Positions 42,901 to 56,437 of a stretch of 64,000 bases of DNA are shown in pieces. A model generated the notes under the pieces. That model had not been told where the DNA came from and searched no databases. It worked only from the letters and a program-made list of their open reading frames with translations. The stretch lies in the NCBI GenBank assembly GCA_021613535.1, contig CP075496.1:13454001-13518000 (forward strand), read 5' to 3'. The number at the start of each line of letters is the position of its first letter. Position 1 is the stretch's first letter. The translations under genes and the position numbers were made by a program. This stretch comes from Adineta vaga. Lineage: Eukaryota; Animalia; Rotifera.

Positions 42901-45749
42901 TCGTCTAAATGAAATATTTACGAAAATTGGATTGATATATTTATTTTTATCACGTACCGATATAAAATCAAACCAACGATAAGAAGAACAACAATTATAA
43001 CTGAAAGACTTATAATAATCCAACCCCAGATTGGAATTAGTGCTGAAATGAAAAAGATTACATCAGATTAAAATGAGAGAGAGAGCGAGAGCGAAAGAAG
43101 CAATCTGCTCGAACTTTTTTCAGGACATTTAATATTATTAAAACCACATCTTGGTGTATCAGGAACGAATGTTGAATTTTTATCAATAAAATAGATGAGA
43201 CGTGATTGATTTAACCATTGTAATTGTTTATTTTCAATTGAAAATGGTTCAGCTGGATAAGCAACAACAGCCTAAAAAAGATCATATTTAATACTCTTAA
43301 TAGAAAATGAATTTAATTAAAAGAAAGATATTTGATCATTATCTCAATGAAATGTAATCATGCAGATAATTAACATAGTAAACAATGTTGTTCTATATTT
43401 AGATACAAAATACTAGAAGATAGAATGTCTCTCTGGTCGAACATTAATAAAATCTTCATTCAATGAACAATTTTACAGTTGATTTCAGATTTGTAAACGA
43501 AAAGAATCTTTTTGTCATTGAATTTTCATTCGTGAATATCTCTTTCTATTCATTTACTATACCTCTAATTCTCCAGTTTCCGGATTCATATCATAAATCG
43601 CGTAACCGATATCAATTCGATCACAAATATGATTCATGGTGATATTTTTATTTGCACCTTCAATTGATTGATTACAAATCATTGTTTTAAATGTTTGTGC
43701 ATTCATTGGTAAAAATGTTTTCGTTTCATTGAAATTCGATGGTTCAAATAGATGTTGATTTGCATAATGTACTTTCAAAGCTTTGAAATACGTAACAACT
43801 GCATCATAGAAATTTGTTTCATCCGTTCCAATCTAAATCAAAGACAAATTCTTCATTGATTATCACTTTATAATTTCAACATTGGTTTGTTTTTTTTTTC
43901 AAAATGCATTCCATAGAAATCATGTGAGAAAGATTTGATTGATCATGCAGAAATCAAAATGCATGCTTTCAGTAGGAAAAACAAGAAGAATAAAATCAAT
44001 CACCTACTCACTTTGATGGGTGAATTCTATACAAGAATAGATAGATTAATCAGATCAATAGAACTTTCTTTCAACGATGAAATTAGATTTTGTTCTTTTT
44101 TTTTCTCTTCTTCTTCTTCGGGAATAGATACGTACGGATTCTGGAATTATTTGTTTTGATCGATTGGTTTTTTTAGCAAATTCAACAACATTGGCAGCAA
44201 AACGATGGAAACGTTCATCCGTATACAAACGTTGTCGAACAAATAAAACGGTTTCAAATGCACGACGTGCATTTTCATTGGTTTCAGTTTTAATTTCATT
44301 TGGATTAAACCACGGTTTACGAACTGCCAAACTTTTCTCATCCGTACTAAGAACAACAAATAAAATAATGAAAAAATAATATTTTCATTACTTACTTGTC
44401 TTGTGTCAATACAGTATCAAGATAAATAAACACATATTCTCCATTGATAAAACCAAGTTTTTGAGCTGTTAATACAGCTGAACGAAATGTTTTTGGTTTA
44501 ACACACCATAATGAAACTAATTTATTGAAACAAAAGGAAAATTTCAATGAAAATAAAACAAAAAAAAAGATCTTCTTACTTGAAGCATTGTTACTGATAA
44601 AGTCAAAAAAAATTGATTTAAAATTATCTTTTATATCACGATCAGTTATTTTTCGATTATCGGAACGAATTTGATTGGATGAAAACGTATGAGCGATAGG
44701 TCGTAGAAGAACCTGACATTCATGCCATGGTTTTGGATCATCTTCATAAACAAATTTAACAAATGACCATTTATAATATTGGAATAATTTGATCAATAAT
44801 GCACCTAAAATTCATTTAACATATTCATTATTGTCAAAAATATTCTATTATACTCCTTTGTCGGTACATTAAATTCCTTTTCATTGTGTCATATTCTCAA
44901 CTAAACCCAAGAGTTACTTTCGCTCAATCTGAATAATCAATTATCGTCTAGAAAAATTGAATATTTATAGATTTGTTTCATTAATTTGTTCTTGTTTGTT
45001 AAATAACTTGCTTTTCCTTCTTCAATTGATACTTATTTTATTTATCGGAGAAAAAAAAAGAAATATCTTTGTCTGAGAATATGAAACAGATGACAACTTT
45101 GAGGTTTTGTCTGTTTAAGTACAAATATTAGATTTTATCTTGATTGATAATATTCTTAGTATTTTGAGTAGAAAATAAGAATAATTTTCTTACCAAGTTC
45201 ATCTGTTCGATATCCAAATCGAAATAATGATGAATACATTGTTTGTCGATGTAATGTAAAATCATTTGAAACTGCACCCATTGTAATTAATGGAATATTT
45301 TGATAATGAAGAAGACGAGCTACAGGTGCAACTGCTAAATCTAGAAAAGAAATCTTACTATTGTCTAAGAAATAAAACAAGAGTTTGGTATTCGTACCAC
45401 AAAAAGGTCCAAAAACGACATCGGGTATTGCTGAAAGCATCGTTGTTACGAGTTTATGTGGAGCTAATGATATTGAACAATTTGAATCTTTGACTTGTAA
45501 AGTAACATTAAGCCAATTCGATATATTATATTGATCAACAATATATTCATAAACAATTAATAAAGATTTTAAATTTGGTATAAATTGATCGATATCGGGA
45601 AACATCATAAGAATAGTTACAATTGGTTTTTGTGTTGTTGTTGTTGTTGTTAATGATGTTTGAATTATTCTCTTTTGACCAATTTCGAATGATGTTACTA
45701 TTGGTATAAAGATTAAAATAAACATTGGAATAATCAATGATCTCGTCAT
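39921..45749 (-). CDS. Receptor guanylyl cyclase (natriuretic-peptide-receptor type)
   Basis: Signal peptide; ANF-receptor ectodomain ([13 protein letters not shown]); TM; kinase-homology domain ([24 protein letters not shown]); hinge [18 protein letters not shown]; cyclase [40 protein letters not shown] with GTP-specifying E and C. Confidence 0.96.
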
Positions 45750-48700
45750 TGAGCACCATGTGCAATGATCACTTGAACCTTAAATAGAAATAACAGAAAA
45801 AAAACTGAGATTTTTTCTTTCTCTTCCTCTCTATGTAGGGTTTGTTTCATTAATTCAAATTGTCTTCATTTCATATTAGCATAAGAGTAGATGAATATCG
45901 ATAGTTGTCGTTAACAAGATGACATTAATGTGTTTTTTTTTCATTTATAACATAGATTCAGTTACCTTTTCTTTTCTCTCTCTCTCTCTCATGCGCACAC
46001 GTTCGTTGTCCTGATTTAATGATGAAAAGAAACCTTAAATATGTGTCAGTATATATATGGGAGTAATCACAGCAGTTGATGAGAAAGAAACATAGAAGAA
46101 GGAAAAGTTAATCGAAAGATTTATTTCATCGAACTGGAAAGAAAAGAGACTAATATTCAGATAGTTCTATTTACAATAAAACAAAATTTGATGTTATAAT
46201 TTATCATACATAGTCATTTCTTATCCGTAATGCTTACGTTTTAGAAAAGAAAACGGAAACTAATTTCACGTCCGTTACCAATAGAAGTAAAATAAAAGTA
46301 TTGTAGACATTTAAAGTTCCGTAATTTTATTTCTTTCATCTAAATAAAAAAAACGAACTTGTAGGAAAATAAGAAATAATCATCTGAGAAATATATGAGA
46401 TATTTTTTTATTTATTTTTGAACAATATATACAAGGTGGAACTCAATATAAGTATGCCCTCAAGCATAACTAACCTCATCACATACAAATGATAAAGACA
46501 ACTAACATATTAATGAATATTTATACTGATGTCTAGAAAAGAAAATCTATATATATATATTTGATGATGTATTAATATTTCAACGAAGAAAAAAAAGTGA
46601 ATTTTGTTAAGAAAATCTATTGTAGCTTTTCTTTCTTTTTAGATTGTAAAAATGATGTTTAGAGTCACTTCAATACCGGAAAACTTCGTTAAAATGATTG
46701 TCACCTTCAGTCAACTTGCTCTTTTCTGTTTAGTATATTATATAAGATATCTATATTGAAAAGAAGAAGAAGAAGGAATTCAATTGATTGATTCGTTAAT
46801 CAAACATAGACTTCGAAGAAAACAAATAGAAATTTTAACTAACTTACGTCTAAGAAATTAGAAATGAGGAATAACATTGATTAATAGAAAGAAAAAGACT
46901 AATCATATTTGAGTTGTAGAGAATATTAATGAGAGAAAGAGAGAGAGATAGTTTATGAATCGATAAAATTATTGAAGAATATTATTAAATTTACGATTGT
47001 ATACTCTTCTCCTTCGATTCTCTTATTACACCACTAGGAGACATTCTGAGAAAATTTATACTTGACTAGAAAGAATAGCAGGAGTTCTCTTCTCTTTTTC
47101 TCTCGATCTATAGTGTTGTCTCTTCTTCTTCGTTTTTTCTCTTCTTCTTTTTCTTCTCCGTCTTTTCCTTTCTTCTATCTTAGCATCCGCACTAGACTAT
47201 AAAGTGAGAGGAAAAATATCTTTGCCTACACTCTCCTAAACACAATCAAAATAATCGGTTTAGTCTAATCAGAAGAAAATAGTATGCTGTTGATGTTCAA
47301 AGATGACACAAAGAAGAATAACTAAGACACATGTCTATAACAATTCTTTTTGTTATAGTCTTCGTTGAAGTACATCGATGTCGACTCCAATCAAGATACA
47401 AGGTTTCTTTACTTGTTGACATATGAGAAGACAGGAAAAAATTAAATGACAAAAAAGATTTTTGTTTTGTTCTTATTAACACTATAAATCTTTAAAGCGA
47501 AAAGAAAATGATTCATTTCAGTATTTATATTACCTTCGAAAAAAAAATGTTCTTTCTTTTCTCGTCAAGTTATGACTTTCTATTCTTGTCTTTAATTATT
47601 CGTTTGAATGTATATGTTTCTTTTTTTTTATCAATGTTAACAAAAGGTTATTGTGTCATTTTCTATTAGGCACGTCTCACCTGCATGTACAAATGCTTTT
47701 AGATATCATTGTATCTATTTTCATTACTGAAGAATTGGACAAATGTTTGCCAGAAAGAAGAAGAAAATGTGATCATACTTATTGAGCGAGCAGCAGAAAG
47801 AAAACGATAAGAGGAAAAACATGTTGGAAATATCTACATCATCACGCATATATTGTATTGAAGATATTTGAGTAGGACATGAGAGTGGAAATTCACGGTA
47901 TAGAATAAAAATTGTCCTAGTATAGCAATTGTCATCGAACGCCCAAAGCTATAGTCCAAGCAGGCAATTAACTCTCATTGCACGCACGCATTACACACAA
48001 CATCCGTCAATATTCCATACATACGAAGAGAATTTTCTTGTTTTAATACGAATAACAAATATGCTAGTCAATTATAAAATGCAGTCAAGAGTATAGAGAT
48101 GATAATAATCAATTAGAAGTCCAGACGATTGTTTTGTTTTCTCGATTTCAAGTAGAATAGAACATTCAACAGCTGCAAACAATACTTAATGCTTATTTAA
48201 ATGACATTGATGAGCATCGAATAGATTTTGATTTGTAACATTTCTCATCTTATCAATAATATTACGTTAATTTACATGAAACGTTTCGTATTACATCTAA
48301 TTCAACTGTGTCAACATTCTTTGACAAGTTATTATCAACATCTGCCTTTTTATGATGAAATACGAGAATTGAACGCCTACATTAGTTTACAATATCATTG
48401 AATAACAAAAGAATATTCGAAGTTTTTTTTGTTGTTTTGAACGAGAAAGAAAATATATATTCAAGGACATTTTTTTATTGTCTTCAAGCACGTTTTAAAT
48501 CTGTTATTTCCTCAATATTATTCGTACATTCGTGACATATGAATGAAAAAAAGAAAAAAGTAATCGACTTTATTTCTGAATATTTAGTTGTATTAATAAG
48601 AAACATTCTACTAAATATCAAAGTCTAAATAAAGATGAGATTTAATTTAACTCGTTCGTTATTCTCTAGAAAAACGATCCTTATTTTTATGATTGACACT

Positions 48701-49231
48701 GTTATAATAATAATAATATGATCAAGATATTAATATTTATCTTAGAAATAATACCATATAAACAATATTTTTCTCTAAATATGATGACCATGAACTATAT
48801 CTCATTTGTTGTAATATGAAGAAATTAATAATGACAAAATTCAATTAATTAATATCTAACATTCGAAAAGAATAAAAAATTGATCGTTTCCATGAACTTC
48901 TTATATATAAACAATCAATTGTTAGCCGATACGTATGTCCCTCAACACTTGTACTGCCGGCTACAATGATCGTTCGGCAGATTAGATTACATTAATCAAC
49001 ATCGTATCACTTGAAAATAGCAAGGTTTATCGGAAGTCATATATGACAAAATTTTGTCAATAGGAGATCTTGAATGATTGAAATTTTTATTTAATCTCTC
49101 TTCTTTTTGTTTTTTTTCTCAATATATTGAAAACAGTCTATCAATGATATAACAATAAACAACGAGAGAAAAGAGATATTTCAGTTTATTTTTTTTGTTA
49201 GTTAACAAAATACTAAAACAGACTTTTCGAA

Positions 49232-52200
49232 TTATTTCTTTTTCTTTCCACTTCCTCGACCAAGTGGAAGAGCGGCAGCAGGTAATGATGGAAATTGTGT
49301 ATTAAATTCTGAATGAGTAGAATTATGTTCATTCGTATCATCATCAAACATAATCTGTCGACAAATTCGACATATATAAATATTATTTTCATTCGAAGTT
49401 TTCTTTGACCAATTATTGGAATTCGTTTCTGTTGTTGATGGATGAATGTCACTTTTCCAGATTGTATAAAGTTCATTTTGTTGATCGATATTGGGAATAA
49501 TAATAAGTAATTCGAGAAGATATTCATCAAGTTTATCTTTGAATAATTGTTTTGTATACGTGAGAAAATCATCCGTGGTAATTTTCTTTTGAGAATATGC
49601 TTCACAAAATTTGTCATATTCACCAAATAGATTCATATCTCCATCGAATAAATCAAATAATTTAGTATGGAAATTATTCTTTTGTTTTGTATAAGAAGAT
49701 GAGATATGATAAGTTGGTGATTCAGATGGTGGAGGAATTGATTGAAAACCGGGTGGAGGTGAAATGGATGATACGGATGAAAAACCAGGTGGTGGTGGTG
49801 GTTGAGATGATACCTTGGAAAATAGAATATAGAATATATAGAAATGATTGAATTCTGATAGATACTTGATTATTGACAGGTTTTGTTGGATTTTCAGTTT
49901 TAGATAGAGAAGTCTAGAATGATAATAGATTTAAATTTTGAATGAAAAATATTCGCACTAATCATACTTCTTCTTTAACTGGCTCATTCGTTTTCGGTGA
50001 TTTTTTTGTTGATTGAACTGATGATGGATTTTTTTCTTTGTTTTCTTTTTTGACTGATTGTGATGTTTGTACTGGAGTTGAAGGTTTCTCTTTTTTGACT
50101 TCTCTTGTCGATATTGGTTCATTTTCTTCAGTGATTAACCGTCGACCTAATTCATTTAAATCCATAATAGGAAAGTCACTTGTTGAAGATAATGATGGTG
50201 GTGCTGGTGGCATTGATTGCATTTCTTCCATAAATTTTTTCTTACTCATTGCAGAATTCTTTTTCTTCTGCTGTGCTGATGGTGATTTGGTCAAGGAATT
50301 TGCTCCAGCAGCTGTCCAAACACCAGACGAGGCTGTTAGAAAGATGACATTGTACAGAAAACATATAAAGAACATAAATGATCTTACCGCTGTTTTGTGT
50401 TGTATTCGTAGATGATAAAGCAGGAAAATCATGAGCATTTGGTACAGATTGATTTTTCGTTTTATTCGCTTTATCATTTGATTGACCATCGGATAAATTA
50501 GATGCTGTTATCATGGTGATATTTGATGACGCAGCAGGTGTAGTACTAGTTGTTAGAGAAGCCATAGGTCGTCTGATATATTCCTCATCGTCATCATCAT
50601 TAAGTAAACGATTGGTATTCATACGCATTTGTGGCTGATTTCCTTTTGCTGTTGCTAAAGAGACAATCAATGATTATATAATAATGAAACAGATGATGTT
50701 CTTTTCTAGTTTACCACTCGCATTTTTTGCTGATTTTTTGGCTGTTGTCCAAGCAGAAAGCATCGATACAGGTGCAGGTATTTTTTTATTCACAGCTCCT
50801 TTCAATGCTGGAAAATCTTCTTTTGCTGTTATTGCTGATCCTCCATTGGTCGTTGGTTTACTGGATTGAGGAGCTTTCTTTGATGTTGCATTTTGAGTTG
50901 TAGATGCTGGTGACATAACTGTTTGTTGTTGTTGTTCACGCCAAATTCCTCGAGTTTGAGTTGCATTCGGTGCATTAGTAGCGGCACCGGTCAATGCCGG
51001 GAAATCTGTATGTGAATGTATACCTTTTGATTGATCATTTGACCAAGCACCTCGTTGAGAAAGATTTTGCGAAGCTGAAGAATGTTCACCTAATGATGGA
51101 AATTCATTGATAGAAGGTACTGAAACAGGAACAGCTGGTTCAGGTTGAATATCATCTCTAAATAAAAACATGTTTCTTCGTTTTGTAATTAATTGAATAT
51201 TCATAATACTAACCGTTCATTTCTTGTTGAATTATTATTTCCTTGTGTATTAAATTCGCCACTTTTAAATACTCCTTAAATATCAAATATCAATGAATAG
51301 ATTTATAAAGTATTAAAAATTTGTCTCTACCTCGACGAGCTGGTTCATGTTGTTGTTTTCGATCACGTATACTTGCTGATTGAAATTCTACGGCAATGGT
51401 ACCTAATTGTCTAGCATGAGCACGACTTTTACTATGTTGTGCTGCTTGATGTGCACGAAAATCCGTTTCTGATGCGAAAACATTTGTAAATTGCACATCT
51501 TTACATTGATCAATTTCACATAAATAATGAGTTGTACGATAATGATCACGAAGTAAATCAAAATCACTAAGAAAACAAAAACAAATTCGACAATCAATTT
51601 TCATAATAAATCAACTAAAATTCACCTATAATAAACATTATCTGAAGTACAAAGATGACAATAATAATGTTCTTTTCTCATATGTTGATAAAGTTGATCA
51701 ACATCAAGAAAATGATCATCACAAAATCGACATAATGGATGACCTTTAAATGATGTATCATCTTTATCACCATAACGTGTATGTTGAACAAGATCTTGAC
51801 GTGTATAACATTTCCTTTCAAATGGAAAGAGATTCAAATGTTCCACACATAAATCACAATAAAAATAACGATGTGCACGTCGTACATGATCACGAAGAAT
51901 TTCAAATGTTTCAAATTCTGTATGACAAAATGGACAAAAATTTCTTAGTAATTTTTCTGTATCACGACGAATCCATTCCGATTTTTTTGGATAATAAATT
52001 CCACAATCACCTGTTTCATCAATAGGTGTAAAACGTGATTGATCAATAGTAGGTTGTGTTTCCGAAACATCCGAAACAAAATAAACCTATACATAATATT
52101 AAAAGAAAAATAACTTTGTTTTTTCTTCTTGAAAATAAATTAAATCTTTGATTTACTTGAGGAAGTTCTTGCCGACAAATGGCACAATATGTTTGTTCAC

Positions 52201-52321
52201 AAAGAATACGCATTTTTGTTGAACATAAATGGCATACGGGATGTGAACATTCTCCAACAGCAAAGATTTTCACTTTTTCATGTCGACATAGTGGACACAT
52301 TGATGCTTCATTGCTTTCCAT
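49232..52321 (-). CDS. ZNF598: E3 ligase ZNF598/Hel2 (ribosome collision sensor)
   Basis: N-terminal RING (CPLC..GECSHPVCHLCSTKMRILC..CAICR), C2H2 fingers with H.RYGD.DD.SFKGHPLC.FCD, repeated FP[AS]L motifs, PPPGF motifs and a C-terminal helical domain plus zinc finger. Confidence 0.93.
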
Positions 52322-53123
52322 GATGACTAAGTTTAATCAATAAGGGTAGTGACGTCGACAAGATTGAAGATATTTATTTAAACTATTGTTATTATGTAAG
52401 AACGATGCAATTTCTAAATTTTACAATAATCATCATTTTTAAAATAGGTTTTTTTCTTAAATCAAAATGATATCGAAAGTAAAAGGACAAAAAAATGTGG
52501 GTGTAATAATATTAGGCAATATCAACGAAACGAACGAAGCTAAACATTATAAAAATGACTGGTTAATGCTAAAAACGAATCAAAATTGACATTGTAGAAT
52601 GGAGAAAGAAATATCATACGGACGATTCAATACTTTAACATATTTAAGTTAACTTTATTTATGACTACTAGTAGTTTTGACTTCAAAAATATTTGTTAGT
52701 ATTGCACAATCAAATGAAATGTTATACTTGAACAATAGAATAGATGTCTCTATCTTTTTGTATTTTTTATGATGTCAGTTATAAATCTCTTCTCGTTAAA
52801 CTAAACAAAAGTAACAACTTCATCATCAAAACACGTTCCTAGAATTATAGATTGTATACTTAAGATCTATACGCTATATTAAAGACAGAATCAGTTGTTT
52901 TCACGTTTTTGACATGGAGTAATTAGAAAGTATTAAAATAAAACTTGATTTTCATTTTCTTGTGCTTACACACAGCTTATCAATAAGAGATAAGATGTCG
53001 TATGAAAGAAAAAAAAAGGAATCATCTACAGAGTAAACGTTGCCTATCAAATATCTACAGTTTTAATCCGTTTTCGTTTTTGAAAGACCAGTTCATAGTC
53101 GAACAAAATCTTTTCGACTAAAT

Positions 53124-53630
53124 ATGTTGATACATATCGTTCGTCGTGGTGATAGTTTTTCTAAAATTAGTCAACGGTATCACACTGCTCAGAAGAACAT
53201 TTGAATATGTATATAATCTTGGTATGAAATCATTTTTATTATGTGCCGGTGATGAAGTTTATATATCTGAAAGGAACGATCGATTGATTATTACATTTTG
53301 TTTTCTTATGGAATTTATTGTTAATTGGATCATTAGTCCAATAGTAACAGTGATAAACATATTTCTTCCACAAATGCAACGGACACATGAAATTAAAGAA
53401 GAAGAATATGCACAAAGTTAGCTCAGCAATATGGATTTGAAATTAGCGATTTGGAAGTAGTTAATCCAGGTATTTCAAGAAGACCATTGCAAATTGGTGA
53501 AATGATTAATTTGCGAGAAAAGAGAAGCAAAAATTTGCTCTCATCCTTTCTATATCTTATGACGCGTCGTCTTCTATCAGTTATTCTATCAAATTGTATT
53601 TTCTTGTTTGTTTTCAGACCTTCACAATAG
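53124..53630 (+). pseudogene. Frameshifted gene with two LysM domains, each followed by a hydrophobic segment
   Basis: From ATG 53124: MLIHIVRRGDSFSKISQRYH, then after shifts NLGMKSFLLCAGDEVYI. Second unit THEIKEEEYAQ, 1-nt shift at ~53415, KLAQQYGFEISDLEVVNPGISRRPLQIGEMINL. Both fit the LysM consensus. Confidence 0.75.
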
Positions 53631-54183
53631 TTTATCAAATTTTTCTCTCATAGAAATACTTGTTAGTGTCGGTGATCAATTGTCTTATAGAATGAAAGTA
53701 ACAAACACTCAGATTATCGATTGAATCGTGATAGTAATTTAAATAAATACTGAAAATGCCTTTTTTTTTCTTTTCTGAACAATTTTTCTTTCAATATCAT
53801 TAGTATGCATACAAAATAATTACAGGGAAAGTGATATGAGAAGATACTTATTCTTATATTCATACTTTTGATTGATTTATTTCAATTAAACAGAATATTA
53901 GAAAGAGTTTCTCATTCGAGAATATTTATTTGAGTAAAACGGATGTAGTATTTAGGAAAATAGTGAACGAACATTCACCAGAAAAGTTTTCACTATGATA
54001 ATCGTCCATAGATTCAGTGCATCACTTCTCGAAAGTATCTGTATGAATAACTGAATCGTATCTAAGGTAAACAAAGGTAAATTTTTATCTGTAAATATAG
54101 ACGAAGTCACTTATACACTATTGAATGATATTAGCCTTTTTAATCAACTTATGTGACTTTAGATAAGAAAACAATACCTGAAT

Positions 54184-54240
54184 TGAGGGGTGTGGGTGTT
54201 AATTAATAAGAGTCCCACATCCTTACCCACATCCACATCC
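54184..54240. repeat. Short telomere-like (TGTGGG/TGAGGG) quasi-palindromic patch
   Basis: tgaggggtgtgggtgt...cccacatccttacccacatccacatcc. Related patches at ~57511-57555 and 60258-60364. Confidence 0.5.
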
Positions 54241-54415
54241 AACTTGTTTTGTATGTAAGTCTTTATTGAGAGAAATCAAAATGATCATTTCTTTTTACTT
54301 TTCAAATGTAAGAGCAACTAGAGATTAATCCTTATGGTATAGATTTTGTAGAAGCAAAGAGAAATAAACATTGACTATACATGTAATAAATGTGAGCACA
54401 TATATACAAGTATCT

Positions 54416-56224
54416 TTAAAGTTCTTGTTTATTTTGAAGTAGATTTTGATAAGAATTATATGTTGATGTGGTAGTTAACGAAATACAATAGTTCCATAGT
54501 TTTGTTGTGCCCAATAAAATTCCAATAAATTCCCATTCGTTTGAACTTGATGGTACAAAACATATTCCACCACTGAAGCCAAACGTAGCTGGTGTATCGA
54601 TAAAAAAATTTTGTTTATCGAAATATCTTAATTTGCCACTACAGTTTCTAAACGTATCAAGTAGCATCATCTGTGATGGTGTTTTCCCATTAACAATGGA
54701 TATGCTCTTTAATGACGATCGAAGATGTATTAATGGATCTAAAATTAAGTCGAAAGAAGATGGTGCGACACCAACATATCCAATGACATTTATCGATATT
54801 TGATTATCATTAGAAAATAATGCTGTTGAATTCAATGGTGCTGGTACACAAACTTCGAAATGTTGATATAAATGTGTATTTACTTTCGAACATTTAATTA
54901 TACCTAAAGAAATAGATGATCAAAAGAATTGATTTTAAGAAAATATAACTATGAAAACCAAACTACAGAGAACAGAGAATCTTATAGACAACTAATGAAT
55001 TAATCATATTAGCTGAGCTCTGTTAAGCAAAGATACAGTTACAACGATGTCAGAAAGAAAATCTTTTAATAACGGTTTTTCTTCTATGTTTTGTTGATTT
55101 ACTACATTACAATTTTATCTTCTAGTTATTATCTGTTAAATAAAACAAAATTTCCTTCATTCTTATCTTATAAGTGATTAGATTTAATCGAACAAATAAG
55201 ACTAAAATCATTTGGAATTCAATATCGATATGAAAACAAATGTCCCAACTTGAGAGATCATATTTAGAATGAATTTCTAAACAAGTAAAATGTAATATAG
55301 AAATCGTCTGTTGTTGACATTCATTTATGATGTCTTCTATTCTAGCGAAAATAAAACGTCTTACATCTGCTCATATTTAGGTCAGGAACTCTTGGACCAC
55401 TTCTTTCTACGAACTAAATCCTTTCAAACTATAGAGACATATAGAGCTAGATTAGAAACGAAAATAAGAAATAAAATTTTTGTAAAACAAAGCAAAAGAT
55501 AAGAGAACTTTGTTAATAATTAGTACTGATGTAATATATATTTTTTTGTCCATCATTACATTTTTGAAAGATTTTTTTACTCACCAATATCTTCCCACCA
55601 TGCTTGAGAAAACGTTCGTGTACTTGATATCACTTTACATTCAAAATCCATTGATGAGAACCGATTCTTTGAGTTCTTGTTAACAGTTTCAATTTGTAAC
55701 GAAGAGACACATAACATTGGGTAAAAAAATTTTAATAATATGTAGAAAGATGCACAACATAATAGTGAATATACTATAGCATAAATGAATATTTTAAATA
55801 AAGATAATGTAAGTTTAATACACCAGGACACAATAACTGCTAATAAAGTAACCATATACATAGATATTAATTGATCAAATGTTAATACGTATTGTGGAAT
55901 AATTACATGAAATGCCGTGATAATTACGATATAATCATTGCTTTTATGTATAACCACCCCTGTTCCTTTCATTTCATTGACAACCAATTGAAAGAAATCG
56001 TATCGATGATAAATTTTGACTAAACATCTTGTCATTGGAGATGTTGTTTGAACTTCATTACACGAACCAAGTAATTAAAATTTATCTCCATGTTGCACCA
56101 CGAAATATCGATAGTTAACATCTGGTCGAGAATGATGAACGATTCTATGATCGATTAATGTTTGTTCGGCACAATAATACCCCTTAATTGTCAATATAAA
56201 AATAATCAACAAGTATTTCATCAT
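54416..56224 (-). pseudogene. Trypsin-like (PA clan) serine protease with internal two-TM hairpin; in-frame TAA after the N-terminal segment
   Basis: Signal MMKYLLIIFILTIKG; TAA at 56075-56077 in the same frame as GTGVVI..IITAFHV (His). EDIG|IIKC (Asp) spans intron 55584-54904. ATFGFSGG (Ser) and FIGILLG follow. Could still be translated from Met 56035. Confidence 0.72.
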
Positions 56225-56437
56225 TAGTTTGTTTTGTACACCCAAAATAAAAAGACTTATACCAGAAGAAAGCAACACATCTTCAGCAAAAACGAAACAT
56301 CACCCTTGAGAAACATACATGGAAAAAATCGTATTTACATTTTATATTTATCAACCATATATCAATATGATAAGTGAATCATTTGAAACACAAATTCAAA
56401 GGACGTCAATGAGCAAACACAAAAAGACAATGACGAT

